Part shown: positions 1 through 12,833 of the stretch, piece after piece | Numbering within the stretch: position 1 is the stretch's first letter | Layout: the number at the start of each line of letters is the position of its first letter | Source: Perkinsus chesapeaki ATCC PRA-425 | Lineage: Eukaryota > Protista > Perkinsozoa | Direction: 5' to 3' | Assembly (NCBI GenBank): GCA_013115145.1 | Contig: JAAPAO010000044.1 | Span: 1-64,000 of the forward strand | DNA length: 64,000 nucleotides | The notes under the pieces: model-generated | Databases searched by the model: none | What the model was told of the DNA's origin: nothing | The model's input: the letters and a program-made list of their open reading frames with translations, nothing else | Position numbers and translations under genes: made by a program

Positions 1-230
1 GGTGGTGGTAATGCTGAGTCAAGTTATACCGGCTTCTCCACGGATAGGCTAAGGCCTCCCGTGGGCCCTTCACTATAGGAAGGTCTGGAAGACTTCCCGA
101 AGAGGTGGCGGCAGAGAAAGATAGGATACTAGAGATCCGGAGAAGAGAGTCTGCTGCTAAATTCCGGAATCTTATGGGTGGGAAGAGTATTCACCCGCTT
201 GATAAGATCAATGGTGGCTTCGAAAAATAG
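1..230 (+). CDS. 3' end of an upstream gene, hypothetical protein (last exon ...RSGRLPEEVAAEKDRILEIRRRESAAKFRNLMGGKSIHPLDKINGGFEK*)
   Basis: Hand translation: open frame after an AG acceptor near 78, ending TAG 228-230. The 5' part is outside the window. Confidence 0.45.
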
Positions 231-853
231 CGCCACCTCAAAGTGTACCGCGGACCTTAAATTTAGGGGCACGTACTCTAAACCGCCTGAGCTGGGGAGC
301 TAAACGACCGCTTGACTCTACGATCGTTCAGAGTTCCAGCGAAGTGCGAGCGCGAACCGGCAGATTGCCGCCTTACTCTTCGATGGAAGGGCGTAGGCAT
401 CCCCCCCGTCCAGTAAATCTATACATACTCTCAGCCCGAATGCTTTGACTGGTCATCTTACCCAAAACCGACCTATTCGAGTCACGAAGGGCCCAGGATC
501 TCCACAACGAGTAGCACGCATGCACATCCGCTGCGCACGTGCAATGAGCGGTGCAGTGACTGCACTGCAGTGTCGTAGTGCTGCACCCGAGTCCAGTGTC
601 TGTGAACTGAATCCGAGTGTGACTGTAAGCGTATCTCATCCTTGCTCTATCACAGTCCATGTTGCCATTTCGCGTAGCCTAGGGCTTGTTACATTGGGTA
701 TCTAATGTGCACTGCACATCCAGCTAGATGGCACTGTGCATTGGCACACAAGACAGTTTGTTGAGATATCAGATTCCTCCGAGTCATCAGCACATGCCAT
801 AAAGGGGACATCAATAACTTACTATCGCAATCTCAGATTTTCCCTTCCCTAGG

Positions 854-1877
854 ATGTCTCCATCCCAGAGGCCAAGTCCACAATTCCTATTTGCGTTAGC
901 GTTATTCCTTCTCCCCACAGCGACACTGGGCCTTAGTCGCCGGTCCGCTGTATCAGGCCTTGTACTAGCCTATCTTGTCTACTTCTTGGATGGATCACAA
1001 TATAAACCCTGGTGCAAGTAGGAGCATGACTTGGGATATATTCCATATTCTATTTCGCAGATTCTGGCCTACTTTCTACGAGTTATTCAAGTGGTACCAC
1101 TTTAAGAATATCCGCAGTTTCGCTGGAAAGGTCGAGACAGTATTTGTTGATAAAGATGCCCTAGTCAAGCACGCCAAGATCATCTACTCCATTCACCCTC
1201 ATGGTGTCATGTCAATGTGCCATCCCCACATGTTCTTCACCGTTCCTCACAAAACTTGCAAGCTGGCCGCTTCAGCGTGCTACAAGATCCCTTTAATGAG
1301 AGAAGCTTATCTCTGGTCTGGCATGATCGACGCTGGTCGCCCAACTTGTATGAAAGCTCTCGAGCAAGGTTACAGCCTCACATTGGTCCTCGGAGGAACT
1401 CGCGAACAACTCATATCGTATTCTCCAACTCACGACACAGCCCTCTGTAAATCACGGAAGGGTTTTGTCAAGCTCGCCAGAGACGCCGGTCGAGTGCCCA
1501 TCGTGCCCTGTTACGGTTTCGGCGAATCGATCGCCTACGGTGAGAGCGTTCAGTCATTTCCCGAGAGAACTTCTTTTTCAGAGACAAGCAACTTCCTTCT
1601 ATCATTTCGTCGCTGGTTGCAGCGTCGCTTTGGCATCGGCTGGGCAATAGCTAAATCATGGAGACCGAAACCCGTGAAGGACTTTGCTGTTGTGATAGGC
1701 GCCCCAATCGTATGGGATGACAATGACACAGTGGAGACAATGCACGCGAAGTAGTCTATCGTTGATGTAGGGCTGCGCGCAGGTTCAAGTAGGTACATAG
1801 CTGCCCTTAAAGATTTGTTTTACGATCACCGTGGGCGATACCCTGAGTATGCCGAACGTGAGCTCATCATAAAGTGA
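854..1877 (+). CDS. DGAT2: DGAT2/MGAT-family diacylglycerol acyltransferase, with an apparent 1-nt frameshift near 1000-1010
   Basis: Motifs IHPHG, LVLGGTRE, RKGFVKLA and PIVPCYGFGE in ORF 975-1754. Intron 1751-1792 (GT..AG) adds the terminal exon KYIAALKDLFYDH...IIK* (TGA 1875-1877). The hydrophobic N-terminus from ATG 854 is in a different frame. Confidence 0.85.
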
Positions 1878-2510
1878 GATGAGGTCATTGACGTTCCCTT
1901 CACTTTTGTAGTGTTTCAAGCACTTTCCAGTCTCACCCACGACTGATCCGTCAGCCTTTCCTTGCTGAAGTCCTATTGTACATTTTTTAAAGCTTCATCA
2001 TGAGTAAGAGTGTTGCGTCTATCAGCTATTGATCGTTAGAGTGATTAGGTCTGGCCAATGTGACATTAGTAATGTATATCGGAAAATAGAGAGTAATGCA
2101 AGGACTGTAGAACTATACTTTCGACTAACTCGCCTCGAGTGATGTAACTTCCTCACCCACTTGACTCATTCCTTCACATTTAAATAGAGCCCTCTCACTT
2201 ACGTCAGACTGTAAGTACTCGAAATGATGACGAAGCGAACAATGTGCGATGCTTCAAGCATCAGCAGCATCAAGCATCAGCTTTAAGCAGAGTTATCGTA
2301 TGCATCATGCTCTGAAACCCACTATAAACACGAGACCACCAAAGAAGGGTTGAAAAAGCACTACAAGTGCATGCGTAAAATAGTTGTCAGCTAGGGTTAA
2401 ATCGATCAATACAAAGCAGCTGCAAGCACCTCCTCGATAAAGAACAACTGTGGCATATTAAAGTTGCCACAGTGAAGTGGGGGTGAAAAACTAAGTAGGA
2501 TAGACCATCT

Positions 2511-3616
2511 TTAAGCAAGCTTCGCGATACCGACCATCTTCTTGTCCACCTGAAACTCGAAATAATTACCAAACAACACCGAACCCGGCAACGTCCAGTT
2601 TCCGTCCGGAGAGGTGTACATCAACAAGTAGCAGCGTGCTTGGGCTCTTGCAACATAGCTCATTTGTTGGATGGCAAGGGGGACCTCCTGGCTTAGAGAG
2701 GATAGCATAAACGACAAAGTGGGGAGTGAGTATCGAAAATCACACTCAAACGTATATACCTTATGCATCGCATCATAATCAAACTCAATTTCCCTTCCAG
2801 CAGACTTCGAGGCTCTCTGTTGGATGCTGTTGACAAGTTCGATCAGCTTCGTTTGAGGGACAACAATACCATTCGTTCCTGTGTCAAGAAATGTCGGACT
2901 ACCAACACCAAATTTTGACCCGCCTTCTACGTGAACAGCGCTCAGCTGCACTGTCCAAGGGCACGTTGCAATTGCCGGAACGAGCCGCAGTGGCTTAACA
3001 TAGAGAGATTGATCACCACCTCCGAAAAGCAGCTCTCCTATGCAAGCCGAAGATGGCGGGATTCTTGGACGCAAATATAAGGCAAAGACGTTATCCATGA
3101 TTGGCTTTGGAGAACGGGCTATAAGCTGTTCCATGAGCGAGGGATATTTCTCATCTTGACAGTCTGCAAGGCCGAGAACGGGCATTGGTGTCCTCTTTTC
3201 AGGAGGAGGATCAGATTCGAAAATGAGATCGAAAGCAATGTTGTCAAAGAGCTGACTTCCAACACCTGTCGTCCCTTCATGTCTGAATATACCGAGTGAG
3301 CTACCGTCTCTGAACTTGATCTTCTTAGGATAAGTGGGGTTGCAAGGCTCAAGGCACTCATAACACTTGAAGAGGATCTTTTCACAAGCACCAATACCCA
3401 TAGCCTTCTCGTAGGCGGTCTTCCAAAGGAAAAGCAGGTAAGGGGAGCCTGTGTCAACTATTCATTGTCAGCGTGGACAGTCGCATAGAGTCCAAATCCA
3501 GGTGATGCAATATCCCTAATAAAGCCGAACTGAATCTCCTGTCGTAGAATGTTGCCGGCGGCAACCAGCTTTAAAGACAAGCCGATCGCCAAAGTGGTAA
3601 CAAAGAAGGTAGACAT
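2511..3616 (-). pseudogene. A1 (pepsin-like) aspartyl protease with signal peptide, broken just before the first catalytic DTG
   Basis: ATG 3616 gives MSTFFVTTLAIGLSLKLVAAG...LYATVHADNE* (TAG 3460-3458). IVDTGS (DTG 3455-3447) and FLDTGT are in a different frame that runs to 2511. GELLFGG and C-terminal WTLPGSVLFGNYFEF motifs are present. Confidence 0.8.
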
Positions 3617-4319
3617 TGTTCTGCAAACATCTCGTGGATGATATCAGAGGACAGCAGTAATGTCGGCTGTACTGCTTGTCCATAAGCAGTATAGCCGACA
3701 TTCACACAGACGAACGCATACCGAGAAAATGGCTCAACAAAGCTTTCCTCTCATCCCCCTTCTTTCGCAAGGGGAATTAGCTATGCACGCATGCACAGTG
3801 GAGCGTACATAATGATTTATTATCGGCTATGTGGTCTTGAAAATCATCGCCGATCTAGTATTGTGTGATACAGGTAGTGCTACAACGGCGGTACTGTTAT
3901 CTGCAACTTTCGTCGAGCAGACTTCTCTGAAGATAATCCACCCACCCCCAAGAGGAGCTCTATCACCAGTGCTACGAATTAAGGGAGCTAACTGGGTTCT
4001 TGCGTGCATGCGTTGATGCCTGCGTGCAGATATACGAATACACGCTCTATGATAGTATACCCTTGTCCTGGGTTCAGCAGCAGCTCCGATGCCGCGAGCT
4101 AGTCATTCTCAGATCACTGGTGAAACACAAGTTGCTAAAGGGAATTGTGAGGATTAGGTATACCGCAACTACTTCGATGCATGGTGAGAGCAGATCGGCT
4201 GGCTCGCACCCCGCGATATTGAAGATATACGATCTGATATTGAGACGCAGAATTGATCTTCCCTTCGCTGTTGTACAGTACGAGTCCCTGTGATGCGGAA
4301 TTCCCACTGAATGGCTGAT

Positions 4320-4576
4320 AGCTATACTCTTTTTGAGCCGTCTTGCTTATGGCTATACTCTTATTGAACCGTCTTGCTTATGGCTATACTCTTATTGAAC
4401 CGTCTTNNNNNNNNNNNNNNNNNNNNNNNNNNNNNNNNNNNNNNNNNNNNNNNNNNNNNNNNNNNNNNNNNNNNNNNNNNNNNNNNNNNNNNNNNNNNNN
4501 NNNNACTCTTATTGAACCGTCTTGCTTATGGCTATACTCTTATTGAGCCGTCTTGCTTATGGCTATACTCTTATTG
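4320..4576. repeat. 31-bp minisatellite (GGCTATACTCTTATTGA[A/G]CCGTCTTGCTTAT) spanning a 98-N gap
   Basis: Units are read directly on both sides of the gap at 4407-4504. True copy number is unknown. Confidence 0.95.
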
Positions 4577-4971
4577 AATTTGGTATAAACTATACCGTAT
4601 AATACCACCAACTCTTGTGCGTTCCTTCACAGCCGTATATGCTGGAAAATGACCGCCCACCGCGTCCTTGACTCTTGCAGTGTTCGAGTGTTTGAATCAC
4701 TTGTCCGGAGATTATTACCCTCTATGAGCAATTGATAAGTGTAGTCGGTGGGTATCGACTATACCGTAGGACTACTGCCCACTGGATTCTACCACCCGGA
4801 CGATGAGGCAAATAATATAATCGCTCTTAAGAGCTACTTCCTCGAGTAGTCTAATTTCCTTAATCCACTACTCCAGAAGGAATGCATTTGATATTTCCTC
4901 TGTCTGAGAACATTTTCACAGCTTAATTGTATCTCCGCATAAGGAACACTTTTCAATCCTCGGGGATCGCA

Positions 4972-6445
4972 CTATCCAGTGTAACTTAAAAGGTATTTAC
5001 AACAACCCAAGAACCCCAATGACCGAACAACAGTTTTTAACATCACAACATGATAGTAATCACTCAGCTGCCGCACCATAACTATCAGACTTCGGCCCGT
5101 CATCAAACTCGAACCCGTCCCAGTCTCCTCCCGCAGTCGCAGTCCCTCTCGCCTGGCGTTTGGCAAACACGTTCAAGTTACCTTGAAAAAAACAAACTAC
5201 TTCATGGCCGTCTACGCAAGACCTTACCAACAGATGCATTCACCTTCACCGCAGCCCGACTTAATGTCGCTCCAGGAGCAGCCAAGAACCTCCCAAGAGC
5301 GACCGTTAGGCCTTCCTCCCATGCAGCAACTCCGATGAGGCTCAGGACAACAACTATAAGAAGGAGAGCTAGTAGGCTCAAGGGAGATGTGGATTGAGGC
5401 ATTGACGTATCGGCACTTCCCCGCACTGAAGCAGTCATATGTAAGCCTTGGCCAAATAAAGGTGCTACCTCGAGGCAGTGCAGATTCCTGGCTGCCTCCC
5501 TTCATCACAGTGGTGACCTATAAGACGATACCATCTCCTACAGAGGATCATTCATCTTACCCCTTTGCTGTTCTTGGCCATATCAATGACAACTTTCGTT
5601 GCTCTAATGGACTCCTTGCAAAGGGCCCCCATCTCCTTCCCTTTGTCGAGTTGTTCGCTAAGGCAGGCCAGTACGCCCCTAAAGCCACGTCACCTCAATC
5701 AGGGGGTAAAGTGACCACTAAACTCATACCGCTCCATTGTTTCATCTGTGCTGCAATACTGTGAGATCGACAGTGAACAAACGAACGGCAGAGACTTCTC
5801 GACGGTTTTGACGCACGTCTGTGAAACCTCTTGCGCTCGAAGCCCCAGACAGTGGAGCCTGCAAAGACTACTCTAGTTCAGAGTGAACCTTTACGGTACC
5901 TCGATTTCTGCATCCCTATTGTGATCTCATCTTTCCCTTTGCTCGGGTCTTTCGGGCACAGCCGAGCAACGTCCTTCTCACAAGGGTCGTCTAGTGGTGG
6001 ACCGTTTTTCACTAGCAACTTCTTCAGAAAATGCGGCTCGTTGAGACCGAAACCCTGACAGACCGTTTGTTGACCGAGCCGACTTCACGTGACTTACCGG
6101 AGGACCAAAGCCACCGCCCCCGCCGCCTGGTGGGGTTAAATCGTTAAGAATGCTGTCGAGTAACGAGTCCATAATGCCGTCTCCAGGTGCCATAGACCCA
6201 TGAACCGGGAACAACTTATTGATGTCATCTAGCGGTATGGGCGAGGATGCGTGGGGGTCGAGTGGTGACGACCCCCGATTGCCTAGAATATCTCCAAGAG
6301 GTATGAACTGCAGGAGAATACGGATTTGGCTATTACGAACAAATCGTTTCTTCTCACCCTGACATGGACTCCTGTACCCTCGGTTAGCCACGTCACCGCC
6401 GTTACGCTTAGCAGGATCCTTTGATGGTGCCCCATATGTAACCAA
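4972..6445 (-). CDS. Multi-exon hypothetical protein with a probable transmembrane segment
   Basis: Same-strand ORF pieces 5978-6445, 5202-5438 (LLALLLIVVVLSLIGV) and 4972-5166. Exon structure not resolved. Confidence 0.35.
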
Positions 6446-7024
6446 CTAATACTACTGGGAATATAATGTAACGTACTGTCAAGTGTTGCCTAGCAGCTGC
6501 GAATACGATCAAGCATTATGATTCCTAGTCTTCGACATGTACTCCTTTTTAATGCCTATCTTACAGGTAGTAAGCACCACTGAGAAGATTGGCTACGGAA
6601 GACTGCTAGGACAATCTTTTCGAATACGTTGAAGTTAGTGCGAGGCAGACAACCTTCCCTTGGTGTAGACCAGTAGATTTACTAAACCATTCATACTATC
6701 TCCTTCATGGCTCTAAAAGTGAGCATCGCGTATCTTGAAAAGTCTAACTACACTCATCGGCCACTGCAACATGCCTCCGGCTAGCAAGCGTATGAAAGAA
6801 TTGACTACGTAGTTCCTAGCACATTGAAGTTATCGCCACGATCACCGCGCGGATCGTTGCCGATTGGATGCGCGGAAAAGTGCGGAGAAATGTAGCTTCC
6901 AGGGATCGATCCTGGGACGTCCTATCGCATGTCTAACATCCTAACCAACTAAGCTGCTAAGATCAAAATAGGCTAAAAGGTGCTTAGCGGAGCGAAGCAG
7001 AATCTTCTTTTTTCTCAGCTATTC

Positions 7025-9877
7025 ATGTCGCCCTCCTGTGTTACTGCGGCTGTGATGATGATGTTTATATTGCTAGACACATAAGCAGTTGATAGATAAA
7101 ATAGTAATGATACACGAACAGACTTATGGCGAATAATTCTATTAAAACGGTGTTCAAAAATCAGGATATTTCCGAGGTTGATTCGATATCCCCTGTTTTC
7201 AGGAGTATAAAACCGTTTGTCTTTTACGAAGCTCGGCGTCGCGTCTTCCCGTATGACCTTGCCTAAGAAGCCTTCCTCGGTTTCAACCTACGCCCTCGCG
7301 AGCGCTCTATTCACCACAGCATGTGTCGCCTTTGCCATTATTCCGGTCTACGCTTACGACATGAAGAATTCGGTTATCTTTCCTAGAATGGTAAGATTTA
7401 TTGCTCGACTTAATCTGATTGTTCTTCTTTTAGATGGTTGGTGCTGTTGTATCACAAGGAGCCATAATGGACATCCGTGGTGGTACCATGTTCACCATTA
7501 AAGGTCTGATAACCATTATTATGGCATTCGGAATCGGCGAGGCAATGTTCCAGATCGTCTTGGCCGTATGTGAAGCTCTCAACGCCCCTTACTCTCGTAT
7601 TTGGGCAACTGTTGTGACCTATCCCTTCAGTCTCTTCTTTGCGCTTGGGACTCCTACATCAAGGTGCAAGCTTGGTGACTATATAATGCCTAATGTAGCC
7701 TCTGCCTTTGTTTACATACCCACCTCCCTTTACTTTGAAGAGGCTGCTCAAGAGACACTAGTGGCCTTCGTCATGGCTATCTATGCCTTCTTCATTCCGA
7801 TAGTATTCCTAGCCCTCTTAAAGGCCACTGGACTCCTCATCACCAACGGACCACCGCCCATGGTCAGATTTGCCTGTGATGCTGCTGCCTTCAACGGCCT
7901 ATTAAATGACTACTTTGTCAGTGCTGGCACACACAAAGAGGTTCTCGATGCCGCTGAGAAACACTTCAATGACATTTGCGTCGAACTCGCTAAGAGCCCT
8001 CTTCCTCCAGAAGTTGCTACTATCCTCTTCCACATGTCGGGTGAGCTCTTTGCCCTTCACGAAAGTCTGGTGGAAATCGGTGATTTCGAGCCTGCTATTG
8101 TGGAGAAGATGTGGAAGCCGATCGCTGGTGATCTCATGGAGCTCAGAAGCAACGTTGATTTAGTCCTCCGTCAAACTGCTGAGGGGAACACAGATGAAGA
8201 CGGCCAGCTGTCGCAGAAGCTCAGGGATTGTGAAGCCAACTTGCTTCGGTCATTGGACGACATTGGCATGAATGTGGCCAGTAACTGCGACGCTGATGAA
8301 GCTCCCGAAGCCTCTGAAGTGGTTCGCTTCCATTACGCCACCGGATCTTTAGTTTACTTTGCTTATCTTGTTGAGAAGTACAGAGTGGCAACTCAGGCGA
8401 TGCTGAAGGCACATGAGGGAGAGAATGAGGTGAGCTCTGAAATATCTTGTCGTACAACCTCCATTTGTATCTTACTCAGCTCTATCCCTATCTTCATCCT
8501 TTCTCCACTGCCTGGAACGCTGCCAAGGCCTGGTGGAAGAAGCCTCTATTTGCGGATCTTGAAGACAAGGCAGATCTCCGTCGTCGTCTGAAGTTCCCCG
8601 TCCGCTACAGCATTGCTCTCTTCTGCGTGGTCCTGCCACTATCAGCCTGGGCCAAGTTCAGCGAGAACGTCAGGATGCATTGTTTCTGGTCCGTGGTGCC
8701 AATCTATATGTGTTTCCTACCAACCCCTGGCGCGTCTCTCCTCAAGGGTACTCGTCGTGCTGCAGGGACCATTCTCGGTGCTGCCTGCTCTCTGATCTGC
8801 ATTGTGGCCAATCCTTTGGACAGGGCGGCCCTTTTGCTAGAGTTGCTTATCTTCAGTTTCCTCGGCAGACTTGGACGTGTCGCTGTGCCTTGGATCGACT
8901 ATGCTGGTTTCGTCTTCCCTCTTACCTTCACGGTGGTTGGATTCGGTTCACTACTAATCCCTGGCTCCCTCAGCTTTATGCTCTACAATGCATGTTGGCG
9001 TATCGTCTTTACACTGTGTGGTGTGACGCTAGCTCTTCTTGGAAGCATACTTTTCTTTCCAGAGTTCGCCTGCGATAAGCTTCGCCGTGCATCTGGCAGG
9101 ATTATTAAGGAGGTCGCTGACCAGATCGACCATCAGCTCAAGCTCGTTGCCGCGTGCGAGCCCGGTGATGATGTTAGCGTAACCGAGGAGGAGCTCACTG
9201 CAGGTGTCAGAGACCTTGGCTTGAAGGTTTATGAATCGATCGCTCATAGAGCGAATCTTATGGCCGATGCTCGGGCCGAGATCGCTGTCTTCAGCCCCTT
9301 CACCAAGCTCTTGGACGTCAATCGAAGGGTTATGATGGAGCAGCATCTCATCACCGAGCTATTGCGCAACGCTTTGGTGCTGAGCAGTTCCTTGGGCTCT
9401 GCTGCTCCCTATCTCAGTGACCCTGCCGCTCGTGTGGCGATGGAACCCCTTTTGAAGGCCATAGAGGGCTTGCAGGAGGCAATGAGCAAGTCCGCTGAAG
9501 CGATGTCCCAGGAGATCTCCTCTGCTGGCAAGGACCGCGTCCAGCCTGTTATTGACAACGTTAATGTCCAGCTACAGCAGTGCACTGACATCATGGTCGA
9601 GGTGCGTAACAAGTATCTGGCTGATCTTATGGCTGGTAAAGGAGATCTTAGACAGCTTAAGAGAGAGAGCGGCTTCAGGATTTATCATACCATTTATGCT
9701 TTAACGGCATTCGCTGAGAAGTGGAATACACTTGAGGGTGGTCTCCTTGGTCGACAGATGCCAGTTGAGGGTGCTGATGTAGCATATGAAGTTGAGATGG
9801 ATAATATGGAAACGAAGGAAACCCGTGCGAGAACGCAATCTCTCAACTTGAGGAAGAACAAGTCAGCTCCAATGTAG
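7025..9877 (+). CDS. ALMT / FUSC-like (aromatic acid exporter) multipass membrane transporter
   Basis: Introns 7391-7433 and 8430-8479 join ORFs 7217, 7434 and 8447 in frame. Family motifs FWSVVPIYMCFLPTPGASLLKGTRRAAGTILGA, YAGFVFPLT and WRIVFTLCGV..ALLGSILFFPEFA. Start codon tentative. Confidence 0.8.
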
Positions 9878-10577
9878 AGGCGGTTGCTGTGGCAGACGCT
9901 GTTCAGTCCTGCATCGACCCTATCGACATTTCTCCCTCTTTGAGGGGAAATCTGCCAATCTGAACTGCTTAATGACGGCTCTGATGGTTACTCTATTTGA
10001 GCTAGTCTATACTGTTGTTAGTGGAGTAAAATACTCAATTCCTGTTGCTGTTGTTCTTCTTCTATATACTACCAGCACTTACTACTACCGCTGCAGCTGC
10101 AGCCACCGCCGCTGAGTTCTGGCGCTGTGGCAGCAGAGGCAGCAGCATCGCAGGTAAATTTACAAACGTGTTGTTAAACTAATGCGACGTTGTCATAAGA
10201 TTCTTCTGCACTTCTATGTATCCTTTCTGACACCCTCTCAATCATCGGGTTTCTAGACCACTCATCATAATTATTGTGTTAACCATATTACTAACAAAAC
10301 TAAATCTAGTGATGGAGATTCCCGCCGCCAATTTACACTAATGCTATTGCAGAACCACTATATGAGCATAGACACACACCCATGTTCGCAACATAAGCTC
10401 AAAAGGAGACCCGGGAGAGGAGGGTGGGTCAAAAACGCGGTAGAAAACAACCTAATATGAGATGCACTCACTGATGCCCCGAATCTCGAAGCACCGTATC
10501 TTTCTGCAATTGCATGCCCAGCGCACTAGGATTGTGTCGCGCGCGCACGTGACGTGCTGTCCGTGCACGCGTGCCGC

Positions 10578-11167
10578 CTATTGACGAACGCAACTAAACT
10601 TGTCTACTTCGTAAACCTCACCTATTAGTATATTTGGAATCCGTACGAGGACCCCATAGAATGGTTTATATGGATTCCAGTATGAAGTTGCGTCCTCCAC
10701 CTTGAGTAGAGGCTCTACTGTAGAGGTATCCTCGGTGACGGTATCAAGAAGAAGATTCGGGACACACACGGATGGGCTACGTGTAGCAATTTGCTACTCG
10801 CTTTTGCTACTCGCAAAAGTCTTAATCGTTGACTCGTCTTTGAACCAAAGACTTCGGTTATGCCATGGAGCAGTTGTTTGTACTCATCAAGGCCGATTCG
10901 ACCAGAATAGTAAAGTTAGGTGCGAAACACAATAACCTTACACTTCGACGAAGCAAAAAAAACGGAGCGACTTCGTCTTTTTACAGTCGCTCTCAGAGCC
11001 AGTCGCTCCGCGAGCGAGGAGTAGCGCCCTGAGCAAAGTCCGTATCTTGAGGCTGCTTTGAACGGTCCACTCTGAATATTAGGCTTCACGAACACCGTTT
11101 CAACTCCACGGTGTTCAACACTGATGGTAAAGCTGCACGTTACAAGTAGACGCAGTAAGATATCCAA
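10578..11167 (-). CDS. Short spliced hypothetical protein
   Basis: ORFs 10916-11167 and 10578-10769 on the same strand with a hydrophobic N-terminus. No family recognised. Confidence 0.35.
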
Positions 11168-11540
11168 CGAAAATGAATTTCCTTTCGATTATATTCAATT
11201 TTCACTGTAATACTATGATAGTATAAGCTGAAGTCACCAGGATCCATCTAATGGATGCCTTATGCTACACTAACTCACACAGTGTCTGGAATCGAGAAGT
11301 ACACTGGCTTGTCTACACGGCTTATTCAGTGCCTCGTTGAAGGTATGAGTCATTACCGTTCCTGATCCGATGTCTATGTTACCCGATATATAATACTATA
11401 TTATATTATTGATACACATTGTATATCACTTATTCGTCCTCCAAGTATTCACGTAACTTCCGCAACTATGAGCAACTCAAAATGAATGCTTACGAGATGA
11501 AATGAGTTGTATAAACTTCCAGTTTGAGCTACCAAGCAAG

Positions 11541-12833
11541 CTAGTCGGATTCGTCGGCAGAATCCCACTCACCAGTGTCCGACCCTAAAGGTTCTATAAC
11601 GTCAACATCGTCATCTTCTTCCGGCCCCTCCCATGCAGTATCATACTGCATGCCTTTTATATACGCAACTTTTCCAATCACTTCTGATACGGCGACCACG
11701 CTACCCCTCAGAGTTGTGAAGAGACGGTCAACTATCCAGTTGAAGTGCCTTTTAAAAACTATGCGGCCTCCGTCATTGCCAATCTCGACAACCTCTAGTG
11801 TAGTTGCGTTTTCGCCATCTTTGGCGGTTCTGCACACCATTGATGGAGTTAGCATCGTAATTGGTGTAGAGGCTTCGAATGGCAGCTTAATAACCGATAC
11901 AGAGTTTAGGGGACCAAGGTTGACGTTGACAAGTCTATCACCGGAGCAAAAGGCAATACAAAGAGTATTAGTTACCAAGCCGCGGCTCAGGAAGAAGTCG
12001 GCGAGATTCTCTGAGATTTCAGAACTGGACTTCCAAACAACCGTGGCGGAGTACTGGCAGTTATCATCGCATAGATCTGTTCGCCAAACACATAAATGAT
12101 CATCCGTTACTCCCGCAATATAAAGGCTCTCTTCGAGCCAGCGTATGTGAGGACATCTCAGACCTGCTGGTATATCGCCGACCTTGCCATTCTTGTATTC
12201 CTTACTGAAATAAGGCAAGTCGATACCTTCGCAATTGATCACTGTAGTAGTTGGATCAAATGCATACACCATCTTTCTGCCATCACCGTAGTAAAAGCAT
12301 TGGTAAGGATCTTCCTTCGGACCGGGAAATCCTCGGCCAAAGCCTCCACCCAGGTGGTTCGTGAGCTGGAAGGAGTTACCATAAGACTGTGAAACAATAG
12401 CACCGAATGCTTCTCCGCGACTAACAAATGCGTACTGCAGGCGACCACCACCACAGTATGCTGGTCGCTCAATGATTGATCGTAAAGCTCTTCGGTATGG
12501 CCAGAGATACTGAATAATATCTTCAGCTAGATATGGCAGGGTTCCTTCAACAGCATGAAGTTGATAAAGTTTGTCGATTAATGCCGTATAAAGAGACAGG
12601 CGTTCTAGCCTGTCGAGTGTGGTTAATGATCCTGTCATGGTTGGTGTGGTAAAAACGGAGCGAGTGTTACTGATCCACAACAGTACACCCATCATTCTCA
12701 CAACGAGTATAATAAGACAATAATAGAAGAATATTGAAAAATAAAATATAGACAGAGCCACCAGAGGGCTACGCTGGAATGTACGTTCACAGATTCTGGT
12801 CCTTCCCTCAGTTGAGTTTGGAAATTTACACAT
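11541..12833 (-). CDS. Lineage-expanded hypothetical protein with a degenerate F-box-like segment and beta-rich C-terminus
   Basis: 430-codon ORF containing LPYLAEDIIQYLW followed by beta-strand-like repeats and an acidic tail. The true start is probably internal (about 12638). Confidence 0.55.
   Translation of the reverse strand: MCKFPNSTEGRTRICERTFQRSPLVALSIFYFSIFFYYCLIILVVRMMGVLLWISNTRSVFTTPTMTGSLTTLDRLERLSLYTALIDKLYQLHAVEGTLPYLAEDIIQYLWPYRRALRSIIERPAYCGGGRLQYAFVSRGEAFGAIVSQSYGNSFQLTNHLGGGFGRGFPGPKEDPYQCFYYGDGRKMVYAFDPTTTVINCEGIDLPYFSKEYKNGKVGDIPAGLRCPHIRWLEESLYIAGVTDDHLCVWRTDLCDDNCQYSATVVWKSSSEISENLADFFLSRGLVTNTLCIAFCSGDRLVNVNLGPLNSVSVIKLPFEASTPITMLTPSMVCRTAKDGENATTLEVVEIGNDGGRIVFKRHFNWIVDRLFTTLRGSVVAVSEVIGKVAYIKGMQYDTAWEGPEEDDDVDVIEPLGSDTGEWDSADESD

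Noticed and set aside
160-230. MGGKSIHPLDKINGGF resembles the group-3 [NiFe]-hydrogenase motif GGR.IHP......GGF
   Set aside because: The frame stops two codons later, no other hydrogenase motif is visible, and the context is a eukaryotic terminal exon. Most likely coincidence.
1000-1012. CCC-T at the DGAT2 break as Perkinsus mitochondrial-style codon frameshifting
   Set aside because: This is a nuclear intron-containing gene, and in-frame CCC codons occur downstream without a shift.
4320-4576. 31-bp repeats as a CRISPR array (also 36926-37089)
   Set aside because: Units are head-to-tail without unique spacers, no cas genes are present, and the context is eukaryotic.
10545-10557. CACGTGAC (E-box/CDEI-like) here and at about 6086 and 29346, as a shared promoter element
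   Set aside because: Three hits of an 8-mer on two strands is near chance for 64 kb, and one lies in probable coding sequence.
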